A stretch of DNA of 64,000 nt from Promethearchaeota archaeon (GTDB taxonomy: Archaea > Asgardarchaeota > Lokiarchaeia > Sigyniarchaeales > SOKP01), in assembly GCA_030599585.1 (NCBI GenBank), contig JAUVNS010000003.1, forward strand, positions 306,491-370,490, read 5' to 3'. Below, in pieces: positions 49,580 to 59,980 of this stretch. The notes beneath the pieces were generated by a model. It did not search any database. It was not told the origin of the DNA and worked only from the letters and a program-made list of their open reading frames with translations. The number at the start of each line of letters is the position of its first letter. The stretch's first letter is position 1. The position numbers and the translations under genes are program-made.

Positions 49580-51226
49580 CTAACTCATAATACGCTTTAT
49601 TAATCTTAAGCTTTTTCGTAGTATTTTATTCACAAAAGTGTCTCTGTCAAAAAATGCTTCAACATATTCTAAATCCCTTCTATTAATTATTTTTAAAATA
49701 ATATTTAGAGCAAGATATATAATCAGAAATACACAAATTGATAGAAATGGAATACTCTTAAAAAAGGACAAATGTAATGCCTCTAACATCATACTATTAA
49801 TGTCATTTAATATTAATATCTCTAGCAACCATGTGAATCCTAATCCGAAGAAATATATGAAATATTGAAAAAATATTTTTATCAATTTTATTCTGAGTTT
49901 GAAGATCTTAAAATTCAAAAACACTAAAATTGAAAAATTTATAAAGGCTCCAATAGTCGACGCAATAATCGCTTCAGAAATTCCAAAAAATATTAAACCT
50001 ATTAAAAATAGAGGAAAAGCTATGATATGCATCAGAATGGAAATGGGAACCACAAGCTTTACTTTATTGTAAGCTCTTAATAGTGTATAGAAAAAAACAC
50101 TAACTACATTAAAGATCAACGAATTTAATACCAATTTAAGTAAGAGCGCGAATTTCAAGTAAGCTTCTCCATATATAAGAAATAAAAAGAAGTCAGAGAA
50201 GTAAATTAACAAAGCTGTAATTAACAGTATTGTAAATACTAGATAATGAAAAAGTGGTTCATAAAGTCTATTAATTTCCTTAAACTTTTTTTTTGTATGT
50301 AATTCCGAGAAAGAAATGGTAAGAGGATTAGGCATTGATTGAAATATTTGTCCAGATAAAGATTTATAATTATAAGCGATGTGATAACCGGTAACAAAAT
50401 CAGTAGTCTCAAATAGACGGATGAGTTGCACTCTTGATTCTTTGATCAAGCCATCTATAAAACTTTTAACACTCAGATGAGATCCATAATTGTACAAATA
50501 TTTGAAGGTGGCATTAAAAGATATTCCATTCTCATCTGACCTTTTAATTTTGTTTTTAAAAATTAGGATGAAAATTATACAATTAATGAGGAATGGAATT
50601 AAACTGGAGAATAAGTTTATATAAACAATATAACTTAACTGAATGGTCTCAAAAAACAAAGTTATAAAAATTAAACCACCGATATTCAAAACATATCTAA
50701 TAATCAATAAATAAATAGCTATATTAAAGAAATTGAGAGATCGCTCTATAGCTATTAAAATTTTCCCCAATCCATCAATTATGATTAGGGGTGACAAAAT
50801 TAATAAGATATGATAATAATTCTCTAAGTTTATTTTGAATAGATCTGAAAGAACGATAAAAACAACTAAACTTATCGTAAAAGCTAGCAATACAAATAAC
50901 GATCTCAGAATGAGTGAATTTTTAACAAATGATCGAAGCATATTAAATTGCTTTAATGCTCTATATTTTGGAATGTAATAATTGAATGTTAGACCTAAAC
51001 TTGGAGGTAAAAATGTTAGAATTAATGAAAAAATTGTAATATAAGAAGTGGATATAATTAAATAACTCCAGATATCCGCAGAGATTAATCGAGCAATAAT
51101 AAAAGAAGTAATCAAAGAAAAAAAGAAAGAACTGTAAATGTGAATGATGGATAAAATCGAGTTTTTGGCAAGAATCTTGTATTCTTTGCTTATATGTTTA
51201 TTATCCTGATTTTGTTCTTTTGGCAT
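49580..51226 (-). CDS. Oligosaccharide flippase (Wzx/MOP superfamily)
   Basis: AKNS.....IIARL N-terminus, about 14 TM segments, LIYGEAY. Confidence 0.8.
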   Translation of the reverse strand: MPKEQNQDNKHISKEYKILAKNSILSIIHIYSSFFFSLITSFIIARLISADIWSYLIISTSYITIFSLILTFLPPSLGLTFNYYIPKYRALKQFNMLRSFVKNSLILRSLFVLLAFTISLVVFIVLSDLFKINLENYYHILLILSPLIIIDGLGKILIAIERSLNFFNIAIYLLIIRYVLNIGGLIFITLFFETIQLSYIVYINLFSSLIPFLINCIIFILIFKNKIKRSDENGISFNATFKYLYNYGSHLSVKSFIDGLIKESRVQLIRLFETTDFVTGYHIAYNYKSLSGQIFQSMPNPLTISFSELHTKKKFKEINRLYEPLFHYLVFTILLITALLIYFSDFFLFLIYGEAYLKFALLLKLVLNSLIFNVVSVFFYTLLRAYNKVKLVVPISILMHIIAFPLFLIGLIFFGISEAIIASTIGAFINFSILVFLNFKIFKLRIKLIKIFFQYFIYFFGLGFTWLLEILILNDINSMMLEALHLSFFKSIPFLSICVFLIIYLALNIILKIINRRDLEYVEAFFDRDTFVNKILRKSLRLIKRIMS

Positions 51227-51471
51227 TCCACAACAATGTAAGTAAGTCTTATAGAAATAACAATCTTAAATTTTAAATACAGAGATTTAAATTAAACTTT
51301 TAGCAAATTAAAATCTCTTTTTAAGAAATTAAATTTAGAATTAATTATATATAATTTCTATAAATTATACAATACTTTAGTGTTAACTAAATCAACAGTA
51401 ACACGCCATAAATAAATAACAATATTCAGTAAGTTTAAATTGGATAATCTTTAAACTAAAATTAATTAAAA

Positions 51472-52233
51472 ATGAAAAAATCTGTAATACACATTATGAA
51501 AAAGAACAATTTTAAAGATATCATAAATATCCCTATGAGTTTAATAAATAAACTAGTCCCTAAAAGAGACATTAATTTTATAACCCAATTCAATGCACCA
51601 TTTAAGTATCTTAGAGGTGCTTTGTATGTTAATGAAAGAATAATTGAACAACCATATGCTCTTAATAGTATCGATATTAATGGAAAGGGAAAGAGACTTT
51701 TAGATTTTGGTTGTACTAGAAGTTATATGTCACTACAATGCGCTTCTCTAGGATATGAAGTTGTGGGAATAGACCTTCGGAAATATAACCTTACTCATCC
51801 CAATTTTCAGTTTTATCAAAAGGATATTTTAGAATTAAATGACACAACCGGTTTTAATTATATAATTGCTGTTTCTGTTCTTGAACATGTTGGATTAGGT
51901 TTCTATGGTAAAAAAAAAAATGCTTCAGATTTAGAAAAAATTACTTTAAAACTTGCCCAATTATTAAGAAATGGAGGATCATTGATAATAACTGTTCCAA
52001 TTGGCAAGAAATATGAGGACAAATTTCTTAGATCATTTTCCCATGAAGAAATATATTCCCTTTTTAAGAAATTTAATTTAGAATTAATTAAATATAATTT
52101 CTATAAGCGGACAATTTTTAAAATTTGGGAAGAATGTGACCTTGAAGATACACGATTGATTTCTAATAGTGCTAAAGATCGCGGTCCAACAGGGGTAAAT
52201 GGTGTTGGATGTTATATTTGGAAAAAAACTTGA
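51472..52233 (+). CDS. SAM methyltransferase (DUF268-like)
   Basis: NERIIEQP, LLDFGC, GIDLR, SVLEHVGLG.YG, LIITVPIG. Confidence 0.8.
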   Translation: MKKSVIHIMKKNNFKDIINIPMSLINKLVPKRDINFITQFNAPFKYLRGALYVNERIIEQPYALNSIDINGKGKRLLDFGCTRSYMSLQCASLGYEVVGIDLRKYNLTHPNFQFYQKDILELNDTTGFNYIIAVSVLEHVGLGFYGKKKNASDLEKITLKLAQLLRNGGSLIITVPIGKKYEDKFLRSFSHEEIYSLFKKFNLELIKYNFYKRTIFKIWEECDLEDTRLISNSAKDRGPTGVNGVGCYIWKKT

Positions 52234-52320
52234 ACTGAATGATCTACTTCTATTTAACCTGCAAATATTTCTAGGAAAGATATCAATTACATTTTTTATT
52301 GTTATTAGTTTTTAGTAATT

Positions 52321-53529
52321 ATGTTTTTAATTTACCAATTCAGAAATATCATTGAATCAATGTTAGTTTTGATTGGGACTAAAGAATTCGTTTTTTCTTC
52401 AATTTTAATTCTTCTTCTTTACCATGTTCTTTTATTCTTAATACGAGATAAAAAATATCTTATTTCAATTAGAAGAGATATTAATGGGGAATCTGTTAAA
52501 TTTGAAGTTTTTAAGGACTTTCCTTTAATTAATATTATTATTCCGGCATGGAAAGAAGGAGAAATATTTCGAGGATGTTTAGATAACATTTTGACATTAA
52601 ATTATCCAAATTTACAAATTATTGTCAACGCTGGAGGAAACGAAGAAACAATTAAAATAACTAATTCGTTTAAAAAACACGAAAATTTTAAGATTCTTCT
52701 TCAAAAGAAAGGAGGAGGGAAGGTAAAAGCGATTAATGATTGTATTTCACAGGTCACTAAAGGATTAATTTGTTTGATTGACGCCGATATTTTTCTTACG
52801 GATAAAGATTTGTTAAACATGTTGTATATTATTGAGAATAAAGAAGAATTTATAGTTGCTTCTGCTCTTAAACCTCATTATACACAAGTTAAAAAGAGTT
52901 TTGTAAGGTATTTGTTTATTAACCGTAATACCCGGTTTAGAATTAAATTTAGCAGATACACAAGAAATTCGATATCTCAATGTACACTAATTAAATCGGA
53001 AGTTATGGATAAGGTTGGTGAATTTACAGAAAAAAGATTGATTGGAGACGGTCAATCGATGGGTTTAGATATAGTGGAAAAAAATTATAGGATTTATCAG
53101 CTAAATACTCCGGGCGTGCAGAGTTTTAATTACCCTGACAATTTAAAGGATTACTTTTCTCAAAATGTTAGGTGGATTCAAAATACTTACTTCAATATCA
53201 TAAAAAAAAGCAAAAAGAAAATTTTCATATTTATTTTATTAACTTTAGAAGCATTATACCTCATTGTTTTCCCTATCTTTATATTTCTTAATTTGGGTTT
53301 GTTTTTACTTGGTTTATTGCTACTAATTTATATTTATTTTAAGAAAATTAGGAAAATCTTGTTCTTTAAAAACACTTCAGATAAATCTTATTTCGGAAAA
53401 ACCCAAATCTGGTTTTATATCTCCATTATTTTCTTTATATATCTTGATAATTTAATCCAGATTTATACTGTTTTAGAAATAATATTGAAAGGAGATAAAA
53501 AATTCAGAAAAAGGAAAAATATTGAATAG
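52321..53529 (+). CDS. Membrane GT2 with a QxxRW motif (processive-synthase-like)
   Basis: N-terminal TM, IIIPAWKE, GKVKAIN, DAD, QNVRW, C-terminal TM segments. Confidence 0.8.
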   Translation: MFLIYQFRNIIESMLVLIGTKEFVFSSILILLLYHVLLFLIRDKKYLISIRRDINGESVKFEVFKDFPLINIIIPAWKEGEIFRGCLDNILTLNYPNLQIIVNAGGNEETIKITNSFKKHENFKILLQKKGGGKVKAINDCISQVTKGLICLIDADIFLTDKDLLNMLYIIENKEEFIVASALKPHYTQVKKSFVRYLFINRNTRFRIKFSRYTRNSISQCTLIKSEVMDKVGEFTEKRLIGDGQSMGLDIVEKNYRIYQLNTPGVQSFNYPDNLKDYFSQNVRWIQNTYFNIIKKSKKKIFIFILLTLEALYLIVFPIFIFLNLGLFLLGLLLLIYIYFKKIRKILFFKNTSDKSYFGKTQIWFYISIIFFIYLDNLIQIYTVLEIILKGDKKFRKRKNIE

Positions 53530-53557
53530 ATAAATCGTTAAATAGAAATTATTTAAG

Positions 53558-54370
53558 CTAAATCTCGTATCCTAAATTCTTCATCGTTTCTCCACAAATT
53601 TTATTAAATGATTCTAATTTTTTAGGATCCCAATCATTCCAGTGTGGAATTGTGTGTTGTTTGGTAATATTTTTAGGAGATTTTACTTCCTTTTCCCATA
53701 TATCTTTAGATATTTCTAAATTCAAAGGCACGAGTAAATTTTTGTTGAAATATTCGTAATCTGAAATAAGTTTCTCAAAATAAATAATTGTATCAATATT
53801 TTCATGCAGGTACCTATTTTCTACATCCCAATACCAGCATAATTTTTCAAAACGACTCATACTAACCCATTTATCGTACCAAGGGCTATCTTTAGTCGGT
53901 CTAATGCTTTTTGTGTTCGGATCTTCGCTCGTCATAGTCTTTCTTGCCGTCATCGAACGTATAACATCTCTTCCGTCTCTAACTAAATGGAATAAACTTG
54001 CATTAGGGAATGATTTTCTTATAGCTTTACAATGGCGCCTAATAACACTATTAACTTCACCATATATCTCTTTATTTTTAAGTTTAGCCCTGAGATAAAT
54101 TTCTTTCCTTCTAAATGTCTTAAAATACTTATACGCTTTTTTCTCACTAAAGAATGCTTCAGAATAGGCTCTAAAGTCGCTCCTTACGGGTTCATGAACA
54201 ATGTAAGCATTTTTTGATTTATTTAATAGCTGAGAAAAGAAATTAGTTCCTGAACGACCAATAGCTAAAATAAAGAATATGCTATTTTCCTTTATCCAAC
54301 CATTAATTTTCTTATTAGAATACCAAAACTTCAATTTGGTTTTAATCATTTTTCTAGAAGGATACATCAT
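53558..54370 (-). CDS. PAPS-dependent sulfotransferase (Sulfotransfer_3 / Stf-like)
   Basis: GRSGT, HEP, VRDGRDVIRS, FEKL, terminal MKNLGY. Confidence 0.88.
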   Translation of the reverse strand: MMYPSRKMIKTKLKFWYSNKKINGWIKENSIFFILAIGRSGTNFFSQLLNKSKNAYIVHEPVRSDFRAYSEAFFSEKKAYKYFKTFRRKEIYLRAKLKNKEIYGEVNSVIRRHCKAIRKSFPNASLFHLVRDGRDVIRSMTARKTMTSEDPNTKSIRPTKDSPWYDKWVSMSRFEKLCWYWDVENRYLHENIDTIIYFEKLISDYEYFNKNLLVPLNLEISKDIWEKEVKSPKNITKQHTIPHWNDWDPKKLESFNKICGETMKNLGYEI

Positions 54371-54558
54371 TTCTCACAAAAACACAATATATTGAATGGT
54401 GATAAAATAGAATATTAATTTTAAAGAATAAAATCTGAAATAATTGAAAAATTTTGTCCTATTTCTTTATATTTGGCTAAAACCTCTTGATTTATGTAAG
54501 TGAAAGAAAAACAAACGATATTATTAAGATTTAAATTGTTTTCAAATCTCCTAATATT

Positions 54559-55833
54559 ATGAAAATTGCTTTAATTTCTTTTGAATTCTATCCCTCTATA
54601 GGAGGTGTTTCAAGACATTTAACTAGTTTTTGTAAAGCATTTCATGGAACAGATCATCAATTATATGTTTTCAATCAAGGATATAAAGGAAAAAATATCT
54701 TTGACATCTTAGAGAGAAAAAATTATTCACCTAAAGATATTGCGTTATATTTCAAAAATAAGCATTTTTTATACTTTCTATTTTTATCAATAAGGAAGAT
54801 TTTTACAGATAAAAGAGTTTCTTTATCTCAGAGGTTAAAAATTATTCTTTACTTCATCCTAAAACCTAAATATCTCGTGAGAACCATAAATAACGTTCAA
54901 AAAGTTTACCCTTACTTTAAAAAGTACGATTTTGATATTATAATAGGTGGATCATGTGGAGCAAATGTTTTAAATTTGATTTACATACTGTCAAGATTAT
55001 TTGATAAAAAAGTTGTTGCCTGGGCTCATGGTAATGATTTTTTAATTCGCAGTTATTTCTCTTTTAAAACCTATTTCTTAAAAAATTTAGATAAGATAAT
55101 ACTAAGTAATCATCAGATCAAATATTTAATAAAACAATTACATAAATTAGAAGATAATCGACTTGAACTAATTCCATATGGATTAACTATAAAAGATTAT
55201 GAATTAGATGCTACAAAAGAAAAAATCAGAGAAGAATTTAATATTCCTCAAGAAACCTTCATAATTTTAAGCGTCGGGCGACACGTACCAAGGAAAAATT
55301 TTGACATTGTAATCCAAGCAGTTAAAGAGATTATAAAAGTAAATCCTGAATTCAAAATTAAATACTATTTGATAGGGCAAGGTCCAGAAACTCCCAAATT
55401 AAAAAATTTATCTAAGAACTTAAATATAGAAAATAAAGTTATTTTTTTAGGGGCGGGTGAAGAGAGAACGAGAAACAAATTCTATAAAACTTCTGATGTC
55501 TTCATCATGCCTTCTGTTAAGAAAAAGGAATCGGTTGAGGGATTTGGATTAGTATTTCTTGAAGCTAATTTATTCCAAGTTCCTGTAATTGGTACTTTAT
55601 CGGGAGGAATAAAAGAAGCGATAATAAACGAAAAAACTGGATTTTTAATAGAACCAGAAGATAAGGATAGTTTAGTTGATAAAATAAGCTTCCTGTATAA
55701 CAATAAAGAGAAAAGGATTGAGATGGGGGAATATGGACAAAAAAGAGTTATTTCAAGTTTCAATTGGGATGAAATAATACAACTATATATTAAATTATTC
55801 AAAGAATTAAAAGAAATAAAAATTAATACTTGA
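54559..55833 (+). CDS. Glycosyltransferase family 4
   Basis: FYPSIGG, HGND, SVGRHVPRK, EGFGLVFLEA. Confidence 0.9.
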   Translation: MKIALISFEFYPSIGGVSRHLTSFCKAFHGTDHQLYVFNQGYKGKNIFDILERKNYSPKDIALYFKNKHFLYFLFLSIRKIFTDKRVSLSQRLKIILYFILKPKYLVRTINNVQKVYPYFKKYDFDIIIGGSCGANVLNLIYILSRLFDKKVVAWAHGNDFLIRSYFSFKTYFLKNLDKIILSNHQIKYLIKQLHKLEDNRLELIPYGLTIKDYELDATKEKIREEFNIPQETFIILSVGRHVPRKNFDIVIQAVKEIIKVNPEFKIKYYLIGQGPETPKLKNLSKNLNIENKVIFLGAGEERTRNKFYKTSDVFIMPSVKKKESVEGFGLVFLEANLFQVPVIGTLSGGIKEAIINEKTGFLIEPEDKDSLVDKISFLYNNKEKRIEMGEYGQKRVISSFNWDEIIQLYIKLFKELKEIKINT

Positions 55834-55848
55834 AGGATTTATGACAAA

Positions 55849-57027
55849 TTATGACTTTCCTAATTTTAAATCCTCAATCAAGTTTTTAAACATCTCTAAT
55901 TCAACCGTAAAAGAAAAATTTTCAAAAGCGTAGTCTTTAGCAAGTTGTTGTAATTTATGTAATTTATTCGGATTCTCTCTCCAGAGCTTATATAATAAAT
56001 CTATCTTATATCTTACATTCTCACTTTCAAGATCATCAAGAAAGAAGGCAAATTCTTTATTGTGTAAAACTTCTAGAGATCCATATGTTTTAGTGCAAAT
56101 TATTAATAGTTTCGCTGCTAAAGCCTCAATTAACACCCTACCAAAAGGTTCTCTTCGAGAAGTAAAGAGAAAGATATCACATTTTTTATAGTATTCATGA
56201 ACAATATCATTATCAACATAACCATGAAATTTCACATACTCTGGATAATCCGCTTCAAGTTCGCGTATTTTTTGCTCCAAAGGCCCCCTACCGCAAAATT
56301 CAAAAAATATAGGTAATTTCCTCTCTTCCTCTAAAAATGTCCGGATTGCGTTAATAAGCACACCCAACCCCTTATGAATATCATCTAAATGCCCTACATA
56401 GATAAAATTTAAAATATCTTTAGATTTTTCATTGGTTTCACTTTGCTGATAATCTTCTAATTCAACCCCGTGAATAATATGGTTTACCCTATTAGGGTTA
56501 TAGAAATTATCTAAGAATTTCTTAGCGTGATGTGAGATTGTGTGAATATAGAATTGTTTTCTGAAGACTGTTAATAAAAGTATGGAAAATCTATACTTTA
56601 GATTATATAAAGAAAGAAATTTGTCGCTGGTTAAAGGTTTCCGAAACCCTACAATAAATTTTGCTTTCTTGTGCATAAAACTAAAGAGTATAAATAAAGA
56701 AATATTGGTTGTATTAAGCAATGTTGTATAAATTATATCATTTTTTTTTACTGCTCTAAAGAGTTTAAGAATTTCCCTTGGATTAGGAATACTGAAATTT
56801 CTATTAAAAACATTTATAGCTAAATAATTAATTCTATTTGATTTTTCTAAACCCCTTAACTTCTTATTAATAGCTTTTTTTGATAATAAGGGTTCCCCGA
56901 TTACTCTATTAGAATCTATTAAAGATACGAAATAATGATTGTTTAATCCTGCAGCGAGTTCGATGATAGAAATTTCCCCACCCCTGCCATTTTCTAACGC
57001 AAGAGGAGAATAAATTAAAATTTTCAT
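55849..57027 (-). CDS. Glycosyltransferase family 4
   Basis: GRGGE, HKGL, SRREPFGRVLIEA. Confidence 0.9.
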   Translation of the reverse strand: MKILIYSPLALENGRGGEISIIELAAGLNNHYFVSLIDSNRVIGEPLLSKKAINKKLRGLEKSNRINYLAINVFNRNFSIPNPREILKLFRAVKKNDIIYTTLLNTTNISLFILFSFMHKKAKFIVGFRKPLTSDKFLSLYNLKYRFSILLLTVFRKQFYIHTISHHAKKFLDNFYNPNRVNHIIHGVELEDYQQSETNEKSKDILNFIYVGHLDDIHKGLGVLINAIRTFLEEERKLPIFFEFCGRGPLEQKIRELEADYPEYVKFHGYVDNDIVHEYYKKCDIFLFTSRREPFGRVLIEALAAKLLIICTKTYGSLEVLHNKEFAFFLDDLESENVRYKIDLLYKLWRENPNKLHKLQQLAKDYAFENFSFTVELEMFKNLIEDLKLGKS

Positions 57028-57198
57028 TTTGAAGGATTCGAATATATCGTTATTAATAAGATTTTATGAGAGCGACATTTTAAATTATTTTTATAATCAA
57101 ATAAATATTATCAAGAGCATCCTAAACAACTATAAATTAAAGTTAATTTCAAAATTTTAATAAAATTCTGATTACTATAAATTAATAGTGATAAAATA

Positions 57199-58656
57199 GT
57201 GGCACATAAAAGCGTAATTCTTATAACTATAGATGCTCTTAGACCTGATCATTTAAAAGCATACAATTACCACAAAAATACTGCTCCTAATTTAGAGAAA
57301 TTTGTTCAAAAAGGTTGTATTTTTTCAAACGCACTCACAAATGGACCTGAGACGCCATCTGCTTTTTCATCACTTTTCACATCAATATTGCCTTTTTTGA
57401 GCGGAGGATTTAGCCCATTACCCTCACAAAAATTAATTTTTCCTCAAATTTTAAAAGAACATGGAGTCTATACTTATGGGATTCATAGTAATCCAAATTT
57501 AGGAGAATATTTTAATTATCACAGAGGTTTTGATGTATTTTTAGATGGAGAACGGTATAAAGAGAAACAGGATATGCCAAATAATCAAGGAATAAAGAAA
57601 AACTCTTTATATCTTCTTAAAAAACTTCTGAATTATAAGAATTTATTTAATAGATTAATGTATGGATTGAAAGGATTTAACAAGATCAAATCTCTATTGC
57701 GTAATAGATTCCCATTCCTTACAGATATCTTTTTACCCTTTACTCCTATTGCATATAATGCACCCTATGTTGCAAGTAAAGTCGCATCGTTTCTAAAGAA
57801 CTTCGACAAAGAATTATTTTTATGGGCTCATTTTATGGATGTTCATAGCCCATTTAATCCTCCTTCTAAAAATATTTTAGCTATTACTAATAGTGATATC
57901 AGTTTAAGAGAAAGACATTTTTTAAATAGCGAGGTTTATCAAAATCCAAAAAAATATAAAATTTCAAATGAGATTTTAGAAAAACTCAAGATCCTTTACG
58001 ACGGTGAGATAAATTATGTTGATTCATTCCTAACCCAAATCTTTTCCATAATACACAATAAGTTTGAAAAAGATTGTTTAGTAATAATAACTGCCGATCA
58101 TGGTGAAGCTTTCTTTGAACATGGAGCATTTTTTCACCAGGGAAATGTTTATGATGAGTTACTGAAAATCCCTTTATTTATCGTTGAAATCGGGGAAAAA
58201 AATCATATTAAAAGGGCTGAAAGTATAGTACAACTGATTGATATCGCTCCTACGATATTAGATTATTATGGAATTTCTATCCCCGAGTCATTTCAAGGAA
58301 GAAGTCTACTACCCTTGTTAGAAAAAGATTTTATCGATAGAGAGGGGTGTGTTATATCAGAAACTTATCAAAAAGATGGAATTATGAAAAGGAACAGAGA
58401 GACTGGAAATAAACTTATTTCTATAAGATCCGATGAATGGAAATATATTTATAATGAGCAATTCGACGAAGAGTTATTGTTTCACCTTAAATCTGATCCA
58501 GAAGAAAAAGTAAATTTAAGCACTAAAGAAAAGGTAAAACTAACGGAATTCAGGAGAATTAGGGATTCACATTTCGAGGAGATAACTGATGTCGGCGAAT
58601 CTTCGAAAATTTCTAAAGCTATTACACAAATTGATTTTAAAAATATAAAATTATAA
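57199..58656 (+). CDS. Sulfatase-like hydrolase/transferase (AlkP superfamily)
   Basis: ITIDALRPDH, GPETPSAF, WAHFMDVHSPF, TADHGEAF.EHG, DIAPTIL, DPEEKVNL. Confidence 0.88.
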   Translation: MAHKSVILITIDALRPDHLKAYNYHKNTAPNLEKFVQKGCIFSNALTNGPETPSAFSSLFTSILPFLSGGFSPLPSQKLIFPQILKEHGVYTYGIHSNPNLGEYFNYHRGFDVFLDGERYKEKQDMPNNQGIKKNSLYLLKKLLNYKNLFNRLMYGLKGFNKIKSLLRNRFPFLTDIFLPFTPIAYNAPYVASKVASFLKNFDKELFLWAHFMDVHSPFNPPSKNILAITNSDISLRERHFLNSEVYQNPKKYKISNEILEKLKILYDGEINYVDSFLTQIFSIIHNKFEKDCLVIITADHGEAFFEHGAFFHQGNVYDELLKIPLFIVEIGEKNHIKRAESIVQLIDIAPTILDYYGISIPESFQGRSLLPLLEKDFIDREGCVISETYQKDGIMKRNRETGNKLISIRSDEWKYIYNEQFDEELLFHLKSDPEEKVNLSTKEKVKLTEFRRIRDSHFEEITDVGESSKISKAITQIDFKNIKL

Positions 58657-58757
58657 TTTCTTTAAGAATTAGTAGCCAATTTTGGGCATTATATTAAATT
58701 CTCGCTTAATTTTTAATAATTGAATTAATTTAAATTCGAATTTTAATTGGTATTATT

Positions 58758-59909
58758 ATGTCTGATTTAATCCCTATACAAGAAGTAATTGAAATAAATC
58801 CTCGTGTTCAAGAACTGGGTAAACAAGGATTTATAATAGATCCCGACAAAATTGACGAATATATGGAGGATTTTAAAAATCGATCTACAGCATTACCAGA
58901 TAGAAGTTATTGGAATGGAAAAAGAGTGTTAATTACTGGTATTAGTGGATTTGCGGGTAGCTTTTTAGCCGAACAATTATTAGACCTAGGATGTGAAATC
59001 CACGGGACAATTCGTCGGCATGCTGTTCCAATGTATGAGAATATCGAACATCTAAGGGGAAGAATCGCGTTACACGAAGCAGACATAACAAGTGCCGAGA
59101 GAATATTCGAAATTTTTGATAAAATTAGACCAAATGCAGTTTTTCACCTCGCTGCTGAATCGTTCGTTCCTACATCCTTTCGAGAACCTGCGAGGGTTAC
59201 ACACAACAATATAATAGGGACAATCACAATTTTTGAAGCAGCTCGTAGATTTGGAGCTGAATTAGAGAGCGTTCAAGTTGCATGCAGTAGTGAACAGTAT
59301 GGTTTAGTAGATCCAAATGAAGTTCCTGTAACAGAAGACCTTAAAAAAAATCCATTTAGACCGAGAAGCGTGTATGGGATATCTAAATGTGCTACAGAGC
59401 AGATAGCTTGGTTGTATCATAATTCATATGGCGTACCGAGTATTATTACGCGGGGTTTTAACCACGAAGGACCTAGAAGAGGAATTCAATTTGTAACAAG
59501 CGTAATTCATCGACAAATAGTAGAGATACTTGAGAAAAAAAGAGATAAAATAGTGATTGGAAATCCAAATGCTATTAGAGATTTTACCCATGTTAAAGAT
59601 ACAGTCAATGCTTACATTATCCTAAGTGAGAAAAAAAAATATGGAGAACCCTTTAATATTAGCTCAGGTAAAGGAATAACCATAGATAACTATGTTAAAC
59701 TAGCAATGAAATTATATAATATCAATGTAGGTGTATTTGTAGACCCTCAACGTATGCGACCGAGCGAAGTACCATTATTAATTGGTCTTAATGATAAGAT
59801 TTTTAAGGAAGTTGGTTGGACACCGGTTCGATCGATCGTAGATATTATAAATGACGGAGTAGAATACTTCAAAGAGCATCCAGAAATGCTCGGAATTGAA
59901 GCCCATTAA
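58758..59909 (+). CDS. gmd: GDP-mannose 4,6-dehydratase-like SDR
   Basis: GISGFAGS, HLAAESFV..SF..P, SSEQYG, YGISK, FNHEGPRRG..FVTS, GN..AIRDF, RPSEV..LIG. Confidence 0.8.
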   Translation: MSDLIPIQEVIEINPRVQELGKQGFIIDPDKIDEYMEDFKNRSTALPDRSYWNGKRVLITGISGFAGSFLAEQLLDLGCEIHGTIRRHAVPMYENIEHLRGRIALHEADITSAERIFEIFDKIRPNAVFHLAAESFVPTSFREPARVTHNNIIGTITIFEAARRFGAELESVQVACSSEQYGLVDPNEVPVTEDLKKNPFRPRSVYGISKCATEQIAWLYHNSYGVPSIITRGFNHEGPRRGIQFVTSVIHRQIVEILEKKRDKIVIGNPNAIRDFTHVKDTVNAYIILSEKKKYGEPFNISSGKGITIDNYVKLAMKLYNINVGVFVDPQRMRPSEVPLLIGLNDKIFKEVGWTPVRSIVDIINDGVEYFKEHPEMLGIEAH

Positions 59910-59980
59910 TTGTACCTTTTTTATTTTAACATTTCCTTATGGAAACATCTAATTTTTTGTGAAAAATAAAATGCTTATTT

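Noticed and set aside
58642-58656. C-terminal IKL as a peroxisomal PTS1-like signal
   Set aside because: IKL is not a PTS1 consensus and there is no evidence of a receptor; kept only as a shared motif.
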